A stretch of 64,000 bases of DNA. It comes from Azolla caroliniana (Eukaryota > Plantae > Polypodiophyta). Position 1 is the first letter of the stretch; each line of letters starts with the position of its first letter. The DNA lies in the NCBI GenBank assembly GCA_043228905.1, contig JBHGNT010000008.1:5456001-5520000 (forward strand), written 5' to 3'. The notes under the pieces are model-generated. The model searched no databases. It was not told the origin of the DNA and worked only from the letters and a program-made list of their open reading frames with translations. Both the position numbers and the translations under genes were made by a program. Of the stretch, positions 21,057 to 34,481 are shown in pieces.

Positions 21057-24000
21057 CTTGCCGTCATTCATTTCCGGACATCCCATCCGGAGGGACCGAA
21101 ATCCCAACATGGCCGTCCTAGTAAACACTCGTAAGCCATGTGATTAGATGATATTGTGAAGACGAAGGTAAGATTGAAGTCGACCCCATGGATAGTAAAG
21201 TTGTGTGTCGGGATCATGCCTTTTGGCCGTTGGATGGAACCATCCGTCATTCGGAGCTTGACGTCTGAAGGAAACAATTTTGGGTTGCCCCACTTACACC
21301 AACATTCGTAGCTGACTATGCTTACCCCTGCTCCAGTGTCGATAATCGCGTCACAAGTTGTGTCATTGACGCAAACGGGCAGAGTGAAACTAGTGTTATT
21401 ACTCTCGAAATGAGCTCCACATATATCTACCGGCATTTCTTTGGGTTGGTTGGGGCATGTGGTCATATGAGGGATGTGGGTGTGTATTTTCTCCCCATAG
21501 CCCACAGACAGACCTTCATTGAGGCTACGAAGGACGTCATGCCATCGTTGAATGTTGAGTTTGAGTAGCTCTCCGAGTGTGAATTCTACGTCTTTAGCAA
21601 GTATAGGTTGTCGCTCGTGATTGTCAGTCACGAAGGTGCCGATGTAGCTCTATACTTCAGGTAATGGTAGTCATAACTTTAGGTTTAATATTTGTTGGAG
21701 CAGGATTGTGTTGAGTTCGTTAATCGGAGTAGATTGAGAGATGGGGGTGTTAGTTGGCGTTGCGGCGACGGGGGGCATATCCGCGTATCAAGGTGGTGGG
21801 TTTACCGATTCTTCTAGTTGGTCGAATTTTAGACTTGGGAGGCTAAGCAACCCTTCGATCTGTTCGTGGTGTATGAGTTTGATGTATTCTTAGACCTTTT
21901 GTTTTTCAGCTATTGGGTTTTGGTACGTTGTTAGGTGTGCGGGTAAGTCTTGGTTAGGGGTTGTGGGTATCGCTTCTACATCTCCCTGAGGTTCTTGATC
22001 TTGCTTGGAGGTCTTCGTGGAGGTGGTCTTTTTAGATTTTCGCTTCTTCTGTGTGATCGTGGGAAGGCCCTGGTCATGACACTTCAAATTATGAGCTACT
22101 CTTTGAGCTCATGTGATGACATTGGCGCCAATCATTGATGGTACTATGGATAATAGGTTGGTGCCAATCCATTTCTTTTTCTCCGGGCAGTCAGGTACCA
22201 AGTGTTCTTTACCACACCCCGGGCATGATGCCTCCCGCTGGAACCACTCAATGAGGTCATGTGAGTGTTGTTGAGACTTTGTATTGGTGGTTTTGAGGGT
22301 GCTTCCAGTGGGACATATCGTGGTCGTTGTGCCATCCGATTGTAGTACTCATGTTTAGTTGGGCACTCACTAACCATATGTGGCCCTTGTCAATTGAAAC
22401 ATTTCAATTCTGACCTTCTTAAACCATTTTTATTTCGATATCCCATCAGTGGGCCCCTCTGTTCCCCTCATAACACGTAGATTGGTATTCGGTCGCCTTC
22501 GAAGTCCACGAAGTGAGAAAGCATCTCTTCTTCAATGACATACTCCCAGTATGGGTTTTCATATTCTAGGGTACCTCCCCCACCCCCCCCAACCTGAGCT
22601 TGGTTATCAATGGTGTATTCTAGTTTGGCGAGGCGAGCTCCAATGCGAGGTAGTGGGGGTTGTTGGGGAAGTATTGCAGGTAGTTGTGGGCAGTTAAGCG
22701 GTGGGGGTGATCGTGGGTGCTCGACCACTGGTGTTTGACCATATCTTCCATTTGGGGCTTGCCAATAGTTCTCTTGAGAGTGCATCATGAAGGCTTTGCA
22801 CCACTTACAATGTTGAGGTCGTCGTTGGTGGAGGAGAGGGCACTCATGCCCGGTGTGATGTCCATGGCACACTATGCACCTTACATTTTCTCTTTGGGCA
22901 TATGCTTGGGGTCTTTCTATACGGGGTGTTCTCAGCGGTGTGGGTGGAGTGGGTTCTGAGGTCGTCTCGCGGTTGTTCGTAGGCGCTTGTGTGGGTATCC
23001 GCAACCTGCTCATTGAATCTTTGAAAGTCATCACTACGGTGCAAGCTTCCGCGAATGACCGGCACATCCTGGCGATGAGGAAATTTTGGAGTGTTAGGTC
23101 AAACAACCCATTGATGAAGCGGCTCATCAATTTGTCGTATAACATTTTATCGCTCGGGCTACACCGATGGTGAAGACTTTTCGTGCGACGTATATGATCC
23201 CTAACCATCTCGTTCACTTCTTGCTTGAGGGCAAAAAGTTGGTCAATCGGGTTCCATTTATTGCCTCTATGAGCGAAGTTGATTAGAAAAACTTCGATGA
23301 TATACTCAAAGTCCGACGATGTCTTCATTCAAAGTCCTAAACCAAATTTTGGCTTGGTCGTCGAACATAAGCTCGAATGTGGCTACTTTGGTAACCTCTA
23401 TGAGAGGTTCATAAGCCCGACATATTTGTTTGAACCTCTCTACGTGGTCGTAAGCGTCTCCGAAACTGAGGAAGCGAGGTACTAGTTTAGAAATGGAAGT
23501 GCTCTTCCCGCTATCGTTTGTGGGGTTTCTTGAGTTGTTCGCGGTTGCACGTTCTTTTTCCGTCAATGTCACTAGTGTTTGGATGGATTGTAATGCCAGT
23601 CCAAGTTCGACATTTGGAGGTGTTGAGGTGGTTTGGTCAAGTGTAGGGATCGCGTCCATACGTGGCGGTGTTGGGGGTCTTCGCATGTGTGCTTCGTTTG
23701 GGTTGTTGCCCGTAGTGCTCGAATGCGGTGCGGGGTTGGGCTCGCATTCTCGATGGTGCGTACGTGATGATGCTTCTAGGAGGTTAATTTGTTTTTGTAC
23801 TCGCAAGAACGTGTCTTTCCTTTCCGCCAAAGCAGCTTCGATATCTTGGGTGATCACCTCCAGTTATCCTCCTTTCACGAGTTGCATCATCCATATATTG
23901 ATCATCATTTCTCGTTCTATCGCACGTAACTCTTGCATGGCATCCCATATGTGTCGCTCTACGTTGAGTGAATCTGCCATTGAGCTCTCTTGTAGTGGGG

Positions 24001-24231
24001 GTGTGTTGAGGGGTGCTTTGGTTGCCAGGCTCAGTGGGAGGTTCATGTTCGGTAGCATCCCTGGGGTTAACCACCCTCCGTGGTATCGAGTCGGGTTAGA
24101 TGGGCTAGTACCGTGTGTTTGGTCAATTTGGGTGAGCTCTTCTTGGCATGTGGGTCAGGTTTTGAACATCCCCATCCATGAGGACCTAGCCATATGTACG
24201 ATGAAGGATTTTGGATGTTCCTTGTGTTGTC

Positions 24232-24722
24232 CCGACGTCGAACTTTGATCTTTCGTCGAAAGATAATCTTTCATCGAACTTCGCAGGTTCGTCGAGTGTT
24301 GATCTTTCGTTGAACTTTACGGGTTCATCAAACTTTGATCTTTCGTAGATCTTTGTATGTTCGTTGAACTTTGATCTTTCGTCGAAAGATATCCTCTTGT
24401 CAAGCTTTGCGGGTTCGTCGAAAGCTGATCTTTCATTGAACTTTGCGGGTTCGTCGAAAGCTGATCTTTCATTGAACTTTGTGGGTTCGTCGAAAGACGC
24501 GTCCTTATCAAACTTTGATCTTTCGACGAACTTTGATCTTTAGTCGAAAGATATTCTCTTGTCAAGCTTTGCAGGTTCGTCGGAAGATGATCTTTTGTTG
24601 AACTTTGATCTTTAGTCGAAAGATGCTTCCTTGTCGAACTTTGATCTCCCGTCGAAAGATATTCTCTTGTCAAGCTTTGCAAGTTCGTCGGAAGATGATC
24701 TCTCGTCGAACTTTGGTCGAAA
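24232..24722. repeat. Modular degenerate repeat array (about 18-bp modules) in the 5' leader of element E
   Basis: Interleaved GATCTTTCGTCGAAAGAT, GAACTTTGATC and TTTGCGGGTTCGTCG modules. Confidence 0.85.
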
Positions 24723-25655
24723 TTTTTGAATTTCAATTTTTTATTTTTTTTATTTTTTCAAACGATCGTTTCGTGTATAGTCAAATGATCGTGATCAGCA
24801 AGAATCACACTAATTATCCTCGCCCTGAAATGGCTAAATCTTAACAATGCTTAGTATTAACCAGAAAAATGGCTTGTTAATGTCCGGGCGATTAGGGGGG
24901 GGGGAACAAATAATACTAAAAAAAACAGAAAATTAGCTTAATTAAAATGTGAAATGGTGACAATTTTAATTAAAAAAATCATGGTTTCCTTTTGATTTGT
25001 TCCCTTGTTAAGTGGGTTGCCTACGAGTGTTCGATCACTCGAAATCGACTTCAAGTGTCGGTCGCTTCCCCGGCAACGGCGCCAAATAGATGTATAGGAT
25101 CTATGTATCGACGGAGTTAAACCCTCCTCAATGTCGTTTGTGGAGCTCGGACCAGCGTATACCCTTTTGATGGCGAATTGGGTGGAGATGGTTGTCGGAC
25201 ACCTCCGAACCTCACAGTCACTTAGCGATTAATTGATTATTAAGCACGATATCTCTCTCAATCTCTCAAGCTCTCTCTCATAGACAATAAGAGTAATGAA
25301 TAAATTTATTCACCCTCTTTGCTAAGAGGTCTAGCACCAACAAGGAAGAGAGATTAGTGTTCTCTAACTAAACACTTCACTAATCTCTCTTAAGCTTAAG
25401 GGATACAAGAAGGAGGAGAGGAAGCTCTAACTCTTAATCAACAAGGAGAAGTTTACAAATGGAAGAACCCTTACAAAGCCACCACAATGTGGTTTATATA
25501 GCATTTATATTTAGGGTATGGCCCTTTCACACTTAGTTGTCCATTAGCTCCTTTTCCTCTTGCCATTTCCTCTTCATAGATCCTTTAGCCATACTACGTC
25601 CTTGTTGATGCGCTCTTCTTCATGACCGTTCGTGGTGCAATCCAAGCGCTTAACA

Positions 25656-25918
25656 GTGATCGTGGCCCACAATTTATATATGAATTTAGGAAACACCTCT
25701 CACAATTCTCAAAGTCCCTTGCAAACTCTCCTCAAGTTATCACCTACAAACGGATGGACAAACAAAGCATCCAAATCAAACATTAAAGTAGTATCTTCAA
25801 TGCTTGATCGGTTATCGACAAGGTGATTGGGCCGATATATTACATTTTGCATAATTTGCTTATAATACTTTTGTACATTCCTCTATTGTGGTGCACTATT
25901 CTATGCATACATGGGTTC
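25656..25918 (+). pseudogene. Element F: decayed chromovirus-type integrase fragment
   Basis: With frameshifts it translates to DRGPQF...LSSSYHLQTDGQT...DWADIL.FA*FAYN, colinear with element B integrase. Confidence 0.85.
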
Positions 25919-25920
25919 CA

Positions 25921-25954
25921 AGATAGAGGCATATAGTACTATATGCCTCTATCT
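25921..25954. repeat. Perfect 34-bp palindrome
   Basis: AGATAGAGGCATATAGT|ACTATATGCCTCTATCT, no spacer. Confidence 0.95.
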
Positions 25955-25976
25955 ATGCACACATAAGTCGACGTGG

Positions 25977-26360
25977 AGTAGAAAAGATTAAGAAGATAAG
26001 GGAACGTGAGCTACATCGACTAGAAGCTATGGTTGGGGTAACTTTTACATTAGGACCATGGGTCACATCCACATCGCAACCCTTTGACCTCTCGCTTCTC
26101 TTCGAGAGACTTAGATGGAAATGAAATTAGGCCTAGTATAACATCATTTTCATTGTAGAACATGTTTTTTATATAGAACATGCTTGTTATTTTACTAGAA
26201 CTATTTAGCTTAAACTCTATTTTTATCTTATTTGTATTTTTTACTTTCGATGAATGGGTAAATATCCCATTTTTTGTTGTAAACCATTTGTCTCATGGGC
26301 CAATTTTGGTCTTAGAAGACGTTAATATATCTTTCTTTCTTTCTTTCCTTCTCTCTTTCT
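25977..26360 (+). mobile_element. Short 5'-truncated copy of the LINE 3' end seen at about 27742-28090
   Basis: Diverged direct repeat (TTAAGAAGATAAGGGAA...CTAGAAGCTATGG...GGTCTTAGAAGA...AATATATCTTTCTTT tail). Confidence 0.65.
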
Positions 26361-26692
26361 CTCGTCATATTTTAAAAATGATGAGCATAAATGCTACATA
26401 TGGCTCAAAATAGAAACACCTAACAATTTCCCCACTTTTGTAGTTGGATGTTATATTCCTCATCAAGGTTCTAATTTTTATGCTTGTTTGGATAAAGATA
26501 ACCTTTTGTCAATCTAGAAGATGATATTGTTTTCAAATCCAATGGCTTTGATGACATGAATGCCCCTACAAGAAGTTTCCAACTTGATGCACAAGAGTCT
26601 TTCATGCCACATATCTCAACGATGCAAGAAGATATTCAAATACATAGCACTCTTCTAACGATGAAAAAGATTTGAACCAATTTGGGAAGTTA

Positions 26693-28090
26693 CTCCTACA
26701 AATGTGTAATAGTATCAGATTGCTTATTGCAAATGGTGTATCCTTATGGCCCAACATTAATGGTTTTACATGTAAAAACACAATGGAAATAGTGTGATTG
26801 ACTTTATGCTACTTTCCGAAGGTATTTCCTACAAATGTGGAATGGTACCGAATTGCTTATTGCAAATGGTGTATCCTTATGGCCCAACAGTAATGGTTTT
26901 ACATGTAGAAACACAATGGAAATAGTGTGATTGTATGTGCTATTGTTCGAAGATGTTTTGGATCATATACATAAATTCTCACTTGGTGAATGGACACCGG
27001 AATCCCATCATAAGACTTTATGTATTGACCTCAAATGTATGCATATGTTTGATTGTGAGAAGGCCATTGAAGATAATAAACAACCACACTCGAGCATGAA
27101 CCTTAAGCGAGTGCCCATGTATTCCAAGATGGTTGAGGATAGGTTACAAATGACAAAGATGCAACATGGTGCCATACTAGAATGCAAATGGGATGCTTTA
27201 AAGAAAGTCATTCTCTCATGCACAAACAAAGTTTTTTGAACCAAGCACACATCTTGGAAATGCACCAAGAAATGTAGGTCAAAGTGGTAAAGGTTGCCAT
27301 TGGACGACTTAGAGTATCATCTCACAACTTGAGGTTGAGAATGGTCGTGCTAATGGAGCCCCAAGAGATGAAATGATATATAGATTATGTCACATAGAAG
27401 TAGAGGATGAGTATCACTTTACATGTGAGTGTCCAACTTAAGGGGGAAATACCAAGTCATACTAGGAACCTATCCCATCCTCTCCAAACTATTAGATACC
27501 CCAGATACAAGAACGTTGGTAGATATATCTTAGAGCTAAAAGAACATAGCGAGAATACACTACAAAATGCTAACCATAACCTTTCTAATATTCACCAACA
27601 TGTAACCAATGAATTTTTACATGGACAAGAGGGGGCAATGAGCGTGGACACATCTACACCACCCAGCCTTTCCATCGTTGAAGCAAAAAACCAAAGAACA
27701 CCCAAACAACCCCGGATGGCGTGCCTCAAAGACAATCATTGTGTAGAGCAATTAAGAAGATAAGGGAATGTGAGTTATACTGCCTAGAAGCTATGGTCAG
27801 GACTCGGGGTACCTTTTACATCGGAACCATGGGCCACACCCACATCAAAATCCTTTGACCTCTCTCTCCTTTTCGAGAGTCTTTGATGGAAATGAAACTA
27901 GGCCTAGCAAATAGTCATTTCCTTTATAGAATATGTTACACCATAATGCCTTTTTGTACAATATTAGACCTCTTTTATCTATTTATTTTTTTCGATGATT
28001 GGGTACACCTCCCAATTTGTTGCAACTAATTGTCTAATGGGCCAAATTTGGTCTTAGAAGAATTTAATATATCTTTCTTTTCTCTCTCTT
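26693..28090 (+). mobile_element. Degenerate non-L1 LINE 3' fragment (RTEX-like C-terminal zinc finger); 5' boundary uncertain
   Basis: 27300-27435 reads RLRVSSHNL/EVENGR...RLCHIEVEDEYHFTCECP; ends in a CTTT/CT microsatellite-like tail. Confidence 0.6.
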
Positions 28091-28668
28091 TGGTCTTACT
28101 AGAAATAGGGTCTTTGCACAACTAGTATGTTGTTTTCATAGTTAGGAATGAACCCCTCTTTCTCTTATCATTGCAAGAGAGTTTTGTGTGAGCATCATGG
28201 CACATGAATTGTTAAGCTTTGGCCATTGGCCAAACTTAGGCATAGATAACACCTCCACATCTTTCTTGTTGATTTCAAGGATGACAAAATAGTAAATTTT
28301 TTAATTATGTAAATGAATATCTAACCCATGGATTGAGATATTTATTGCATGACAAAGTCATGACTAGTGTAGAGGATTACCGAGAGATCATGAAAGAATA
28401 AAAGAAGAAATATAAAACAAGTTGAAACAACTCAACGTTGGATGGGAAGATAATGGTGGTGCAAAGCTTGAGGAGTTAAGGCATAAATACTAAAAGAGAC
28501 CCCGAAGAGTTCAAAGAGACTTGGTTGGAGTTGTTTCTTTCCAAGGAAGAGGCCCATCTCTACCCAACACATTAATGATTGTTCAATTTTTTTATTTAAA
28601 ATGAATTTTTTTAATTGGGCTATGAATCCCACCAAGCTAGTAAGTCTTCATATACTAAGACAATGGGC

Positions 28669-28675
<7 letters not shown>

Positions 28676-28740
<65 letters not shown>
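28676..28740. repeat. (GT)n microsatellite, about 32 units
   Basis: Pure GT run. Confidence 0.98.
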
Positions 28741-28741
<1 letters not shown>

Positions 28742-30644
28742 ATGGTGCTTTGTGGTATCATTCATTTTTAATTGTATTTCGTTGTTAATGCTCCAAAAGA
28801 AATCTCACCTAGTTATGCGTCAACACACGAAAGGGTTATTGCTCTCCTAGTAAAAAAAAAGTGTGTAGGCATGGTGCTTTGTAGTATCATTCATTTTCTA
28901 ATATAATTTTGTTGTCGATGCTCCAAAAATAAATCCCCCCTTGCTATTAAGTCTCGATCACTAGTATGAAAAATGGTGTAGGCACGGTGCTATGTAGAAT
29001 CATTCCTTTCTAATATAATCTTGTTAGCACTAAAAACAATAACCCAATTCTAAAGCTACTTTTCCCAACCAAACAACATCACTTTTCTCATCATAAAGAT
29101 AATCCAACCATCGAGGTCTAAAACAAGAGTAATAAACCTTCAATATGGTTGTGACTTTAGTAACACACAATGAAAGAATGTTCACATCTATACAAAGTAT
29201 TAATACTATTCGTTTTGAGAATTGAAATTAAATACTTTTTACATTCATGCTTTTAAACATAACGTATTTATTAATTTATTTTATGAGTGTCCATACATGT
29301 AGTCCTTGTGTAAAAGATCGATTTTACTAGCAATGTTATGAGCGAAGAGTATTGACTTTGCCTTTCTTCTTGCTAGCACCTTGGATTGGTATGTAGCGTG
29401 TCTCTGAGTCCTTGATTTTGGCCAAGTATTCCAGGATTCGCATAAATTACATTGACCCTAATGTGACATCATTGAAACAAAGTTTTACACCTTGTGAATC
29501 ACATTCTAGAGATGTACCTCCTCCCCAAACCTCAAACCCCTATATATGAATAATTTGATTTACTAATGCATCACAACGTTAAATCTTTCTCAACCATGTT
29601 CTATGAAAATTATTGATATTGTATTTTTTTCTCGTAGATAGCCAATGTGTAAACTCCAATGGTTACATTGATCCATTAATGCCTTAACTATTGAAATGAC
29701 TTAGAGATTTGACAATGTCTCTTTTATAGAGGGGAGAGGGGGGGAGGGCCATGGGTAGACAAGCACATGTGTAGACACTTGGTTCAACAATTATAAAAAT
29801 GTGACGTTCCATAAATTCACTATCAATCAAGATCCATCTATATACCATAAACCTTACGAACCTATAGCCGTCAATCTATCTATATCGAAATCCTCCGGAT
29901 CGAGAGTAGAGCATTGTGTGAATTACAAGGAAATTCGATATTCAATGTATGTGCTAGCCGAATAAATGGTCTATGCATGTACAAGAATCCTATATGAATC
30001 GATACACATTTCTCTATTGATCGATTGATCTATAGATAAATAGATCGATCGATCAATCGAATCTATCTATCCATCTATAGTGGAATCGTTACAGGCACGA
30101 AGCATGTCATTGGGGAGCGAGATGCGCAAAGGCAATGTTATGTGTACAGTTTGTATTTGTGTGAGTATGGGTGTGTGGGACATGTGGGTTTTACATGAGT
30201 GAGGCGTTATAATGGGGGGGAAATGGGGAGCAAATCATGGAGAGAGAAAGATACTGTCTTTTTGGGGGAGTGCCCTTTTTCTCTTCTTTTCTTTTCAAAT
30301 TATATGAACTGTTAGGCGCACTTTGCGTGTCTTGTGTTCTGATTTGGCCCATTATTGCTCTCCCACTATAAATATTAATGGTACATCCTTAATCTTACTC
30401 CAATCATCGTCTTGAGCCTTAATCCAATCCTTAATCTCAATTTTAATCCTTTGATCCAAGCCTTAATCTCTTAATCCTAACTGTAATTCAATCCTATAAT
30501 CACTTCACCTTACTCCAATCCTAATTAATCTCTTCATCCTTAATCCAAGCCTCGAATCAAGACCCAATTTGAAGCCAATTTAAGGCCCAATTTACTACTT
30601 GATTGGAAATCCAAGGAGCCCATTAAAGTACAATTGAAGGAAAA

Positions 30645-33157
30645 ATGGCAGCAGATTTGTCGTCCTCGGATGGAGGTGGGAGAACATTGATGGTGGTGGT
30701 GGTGGCCATGGATGAGAGTGAGCAGAGCTTCCATGCTCTAGAGTGGGTCCTTGAGCACATGGGTCCTAGTCTCTTGGCCCCCTACAAGCTCCTCCTCCTC
30801 CATGCCAAGATGTTCACAACCATAACCCCAAACCAAGGTAAATTGCACAATGTTAATGTTGTCGCCATCTTTGTCACCATAATTGAAGTATCATCACATC
30901 TAGAACATAATTTAGCACTTCCGACTAACACTTGACCGACCTTTATCCCCCCTACGTAAGTCATGTCATGTGGAGCTATTCGATGAGCTCTAGTCTTGTA
31001 AGTCGTGTCATGTGGAGCTCTTCGATGGGCTCTAGTCTTGTTAGCCGCCATCATCATCATTGAGGAATATGCAATGGGGTATTGGTGAGATTAAGTAATC
31101 CTTATGTATCCCCATCATTTGTTTAATCAAGGACCTTGTATCTTATTATTGAGGTATTCGGCCCAAGGTTAAAGCTTTTATGGACTTGATGGTTTGGATC
31201 GTCTTGCAAGACTGTTATCGTTTACGAGTGTAATGGTATACTTTTGAACGGTTTTGGTTCAAATCTTCGAGCTTAGTTCTTTGAGGGAGGGGAGGGTATA
31301 CTCGGTCGTTATTTGCTTAGAGAGAACGAAAACTCGTCCTTGGATACATGTGGTCACAAAAGAGCCATTGCTTAAATATGTTAATTAAACCAAAACATCG
31401 TTGACAGTATTAATTTAGTAGAACTTGCATGCATTAATTGTGAACTTTGGGGGATATAATATGTGCCCAAGTTCCTATTACATGGTAATTTGTATGCATG
31501 TATACTCATTTAGATAAAAGTGAATGCAAATCATAACTTCGGTAGCCCTTACATACATGTGTTTGAACAAGTTGTCTCCATCCTAGAGATCACCGAGATT
31601 CCTATGGTTACTTAAAAGATTATTGGCATTGAATTCATAGGTTAAACATAGCATATATTTGTTATTATGGCTACAATCCATTTGAGTTGTTGGAGCTAAA
31701 TTTTACAGGATTGATTGTTGGAGGAGATATTATTTTAAACATTGAAAAAGGTAGAGACAAAGAAATCGAGGTTTTTATGAATAAAGCACGGGGGCTCTGT
31801 CAACAAAAACAGGTATATTGACTCTCATTGTTACACATCGTGAAAGAGTAAGCATATCATCAGTTAGACCATTGATCGATGCATGTGCATATGGGAATAT
31901 TAATACGAGATAAGCATTTGCATCTTGAAGTCTTCTTTAGGACCAACATGAAGTCTCCTCTTTGTCTACATGTCAAGACCATAATAGTATTAATCAAATT
32001 AGTTATTTTTTACATAAGGTGTCAACTTCTTACTTAATTGGCTTTTAGCTTTTCATTTTCTTCTGTGATGGATGTCAATACACCTTATGAAAATCACGTA
32101 CAATGTTTTGGTCTTTACCAATATGGCTTACACTAACGTTGTTTTGGTCTTTACAAATATGACTTACACTACCATCTTTGTCCTCAAATGGGTTTGCATA
32201 CATAGAAAAGGATTCCAATTACTGACAAACAATAACTATTAAAAGTAGGTTGTTGGTTCATGATGCATCGTTATCTAAAAATGCATGTAGATTTTATCTT
32301 AGTAGATATGATGGACCATAGATTTCATAATGGTCATTGTGTATCAATCTATGCATCGCCTTGCATATCTATAAAACATGCAACCTTTATACAAATGTAA
32401 CATCAATAAGTATGCACATCAAATCAATGTTTATATTTACAAGCATCTCAAATATGTTATTATAAATTGGATACATGTACAAATGTTACATGTTATTTGT
32501 TGTTTGGATGTTCTCATAGATAGTAGCCGAAACAATTGTTAAACCCGGGGATCCAAGAGATGTCATTTGTGAGACTATCGAAGACTTGAACCCAAGTCTT
32601 TTGGTAGTGGGAAGTCATGGTTATGGAACTATAAAAAGGTAAGGTTGTCTTCTTATAGTGAATGATTGGCACATATAAAGTAAACACAACTCTTAGCAAG
32701 GAACATGACTATATTTACAACTTTTGTATTGTTAATTTTATGTTAAAAAATGGGAATCAAACATTCATAAGTCATCCAAGTTGCATTCAAGCATATATGT
32801 ATACATATTACACATGGATACATTTACATGAATATCTCAAATACCTACAAATTATTGATCTTGAGGATAAGTTTAGGGTGGGTAATATGTTTTGAACTTA
32901 TATATGCATATACACACATGTATGGTCAATCTTGTGCACATGGTTCTAATTGCAAGAGTGACATAATTACGAGAGAGATAACTTTCTAATTGATTGAGAA
33001 AGGCTTGAAGACATCTTTACTCACTAGTAGTGTTTTGCATGTCCTATGCAGAGCTCTATTGGGAAGTGTAAGCGATTATTGTGCCCACCATGTGAAGTGC
33101 CCTATTTTGATCGTAAAGAAGCCTCATAAAGCATGCCATGGTCATAATCATAATTGA
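30645..33157 (+). CDS. Universal stress protein A-like (USP), 4 exons: 30645-30837, 31709-31812, 32520-32638, 33052-33157; 173 aa
   Basis: GT-AG introns with matching phases; [59 protein letters not shown]. Confidence 0.93.
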
Positions 33158-34481
33158 GTGTTTGTCGCTTGATTGCTATACAAAAAACCTAGCATGTAAT
33201 GATTCCTCTTCTCAAGTAGCGGTTTCAGGAGAGTTATGGGCATAATGTTATTGTATTATACTTAATGTGATTTGAATGGGTTTATAACTCACAAAGTTTT
33301 CGGTTTTTAATAAGTTAAGTTAGGTGACAATGATGAATAATAATGGATTAACATCATTTTCAAACATTTACATTCTATCCTTGTCATAATTATCTTGCAT
33401 ATCATTGTCATCATCAACTATTCATTGGTGTAGTCCCTTCTAATTGGTAATTTGGAGCTTAATTCAATGTGTGGCACTCGTTGTTACGTAACTTCTTATC
33501 ATGAAGCAGTAGAACTCTCAAATGTTTCAAGCTAAGCCAATAATCATCTTATTATAAAGTTGCGTTCAAACTTGTCCATCCAAAAAATCATGGATTAACT
33601 AACCACAAAGCAATTCACATATGCCTAAGCATGTCAACGAAAATCCTCTCAACGGATCACTATGATACGACATGATTTTTTTCAAGGAGATATTGATGCT
33701 TAACAGTTTAAATGACTTTATGAGCTTGCAAACAAATGTGTTGCAAAATAAAAGAAATACTTTGAAAAAACACTCTAAAAATGAACCTCTGACACGAACT
33801 CATTGGGGAGTTGCACTCGATGCCTATTGTGAGTTTTTTTTCTCACCGCCTACCCCTTCCCTTGTCAACACAAAGAAAGACCTATCAAGGGTACGTGCCT
33901 TTGTCAATATTCTTACTTTTGAAGAAATTGATGCATGATCGAGAGAACAAGCAATGAAACATTCAGTAAACAAGATTCGGGAGAGGATATATGAGATAAA
34001 TGAGAGACAAGACATGGGATTAATGAATTTTAGTGTGAGGCAACGGATGAAAAAGGAATGGGAGCGGGGGACACCAACTGGACAAAGAAAAGGGTTAGAG
34101 AAGACATTAGATTACACAATAAAATGAGGGAGGAGGCACACTAGAAGATCGAAGAAATAGACAAGGCACCAGGAGATTGATGGAACACGAGGAGTAGCAA
34201 TGTGCACGATTTTGTCTCAAATCGAACCAAAACGTTAAGCCATGGTTTAACCGTTAAATGGTTCCAAAAAAATTTAATGGTTTGGATTTTTAATAAACGG
34301 TTCGGTTTGATTTTAAAACTCGGGTTTATTGGTTAACTTTTTTTTCCACCTTGATAGTTTTATTAATATAATGGTTTTTTATTGATTTAATTAGTTTAAC
34401 TTAAATGTTTATTTAATTTAATGTATTTTTGTTTATTTATATTTTTAATTACTTGGCCTTAAATGATTAGAGTTAAATTTT

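Larger units (their letters stand above)
15555..21109 (-). mobile_element. Element D: intact, young Ty1/copia LTR retrotransposon (Tnt1/Tork-like)
   Basis: LTRs 15555-16260 and 20376-21109 (TGTTG...CAACA) nearly identical; 5-bp TSD TGGCC (15550-15554, 21110-21114); iMet PBS 20361-20372; PPT 16261-16270. Confidence 0.98.
15523..25655 (-). mobile_element. Element E: decayed Athila/OTA-like Ty3/Gypsy (visible host pieces 15523-15554 and 21110-25655); the rest lies beyond C outside the window
   Basis: tRNA-Asp-type PBS TGGCGCCGTTGCCGGGGA 25067-25084; probable 5' LTR 25091-25655 with minus-strand TATATAAA near 25494-25501; frameshifted gag remnants 22144-24058; protease IIDTGAG...LLGRP resumes as FLRVSRLVM in 15523-15549 after removing D. 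Confidence 0.8.

Noticed and set aside
24317-24736. Repetitive 139-aa STKDQ ORF
   Set aside because: By-product of stop-poor leader repeats; no independent coding evidence.
25091-25844. Longer E LTR ending at TATTACA 25844
   Set aside because: 25656-25918 translates as chromovirus integrase, so the LTR more likely ends at 25655.
30385-30545. CCTTAATC-like repeats in the USP leader as telomeric sequence
   Set aside because: Too degenerate and not CCCTAAA; treated as low-complexity sequence.
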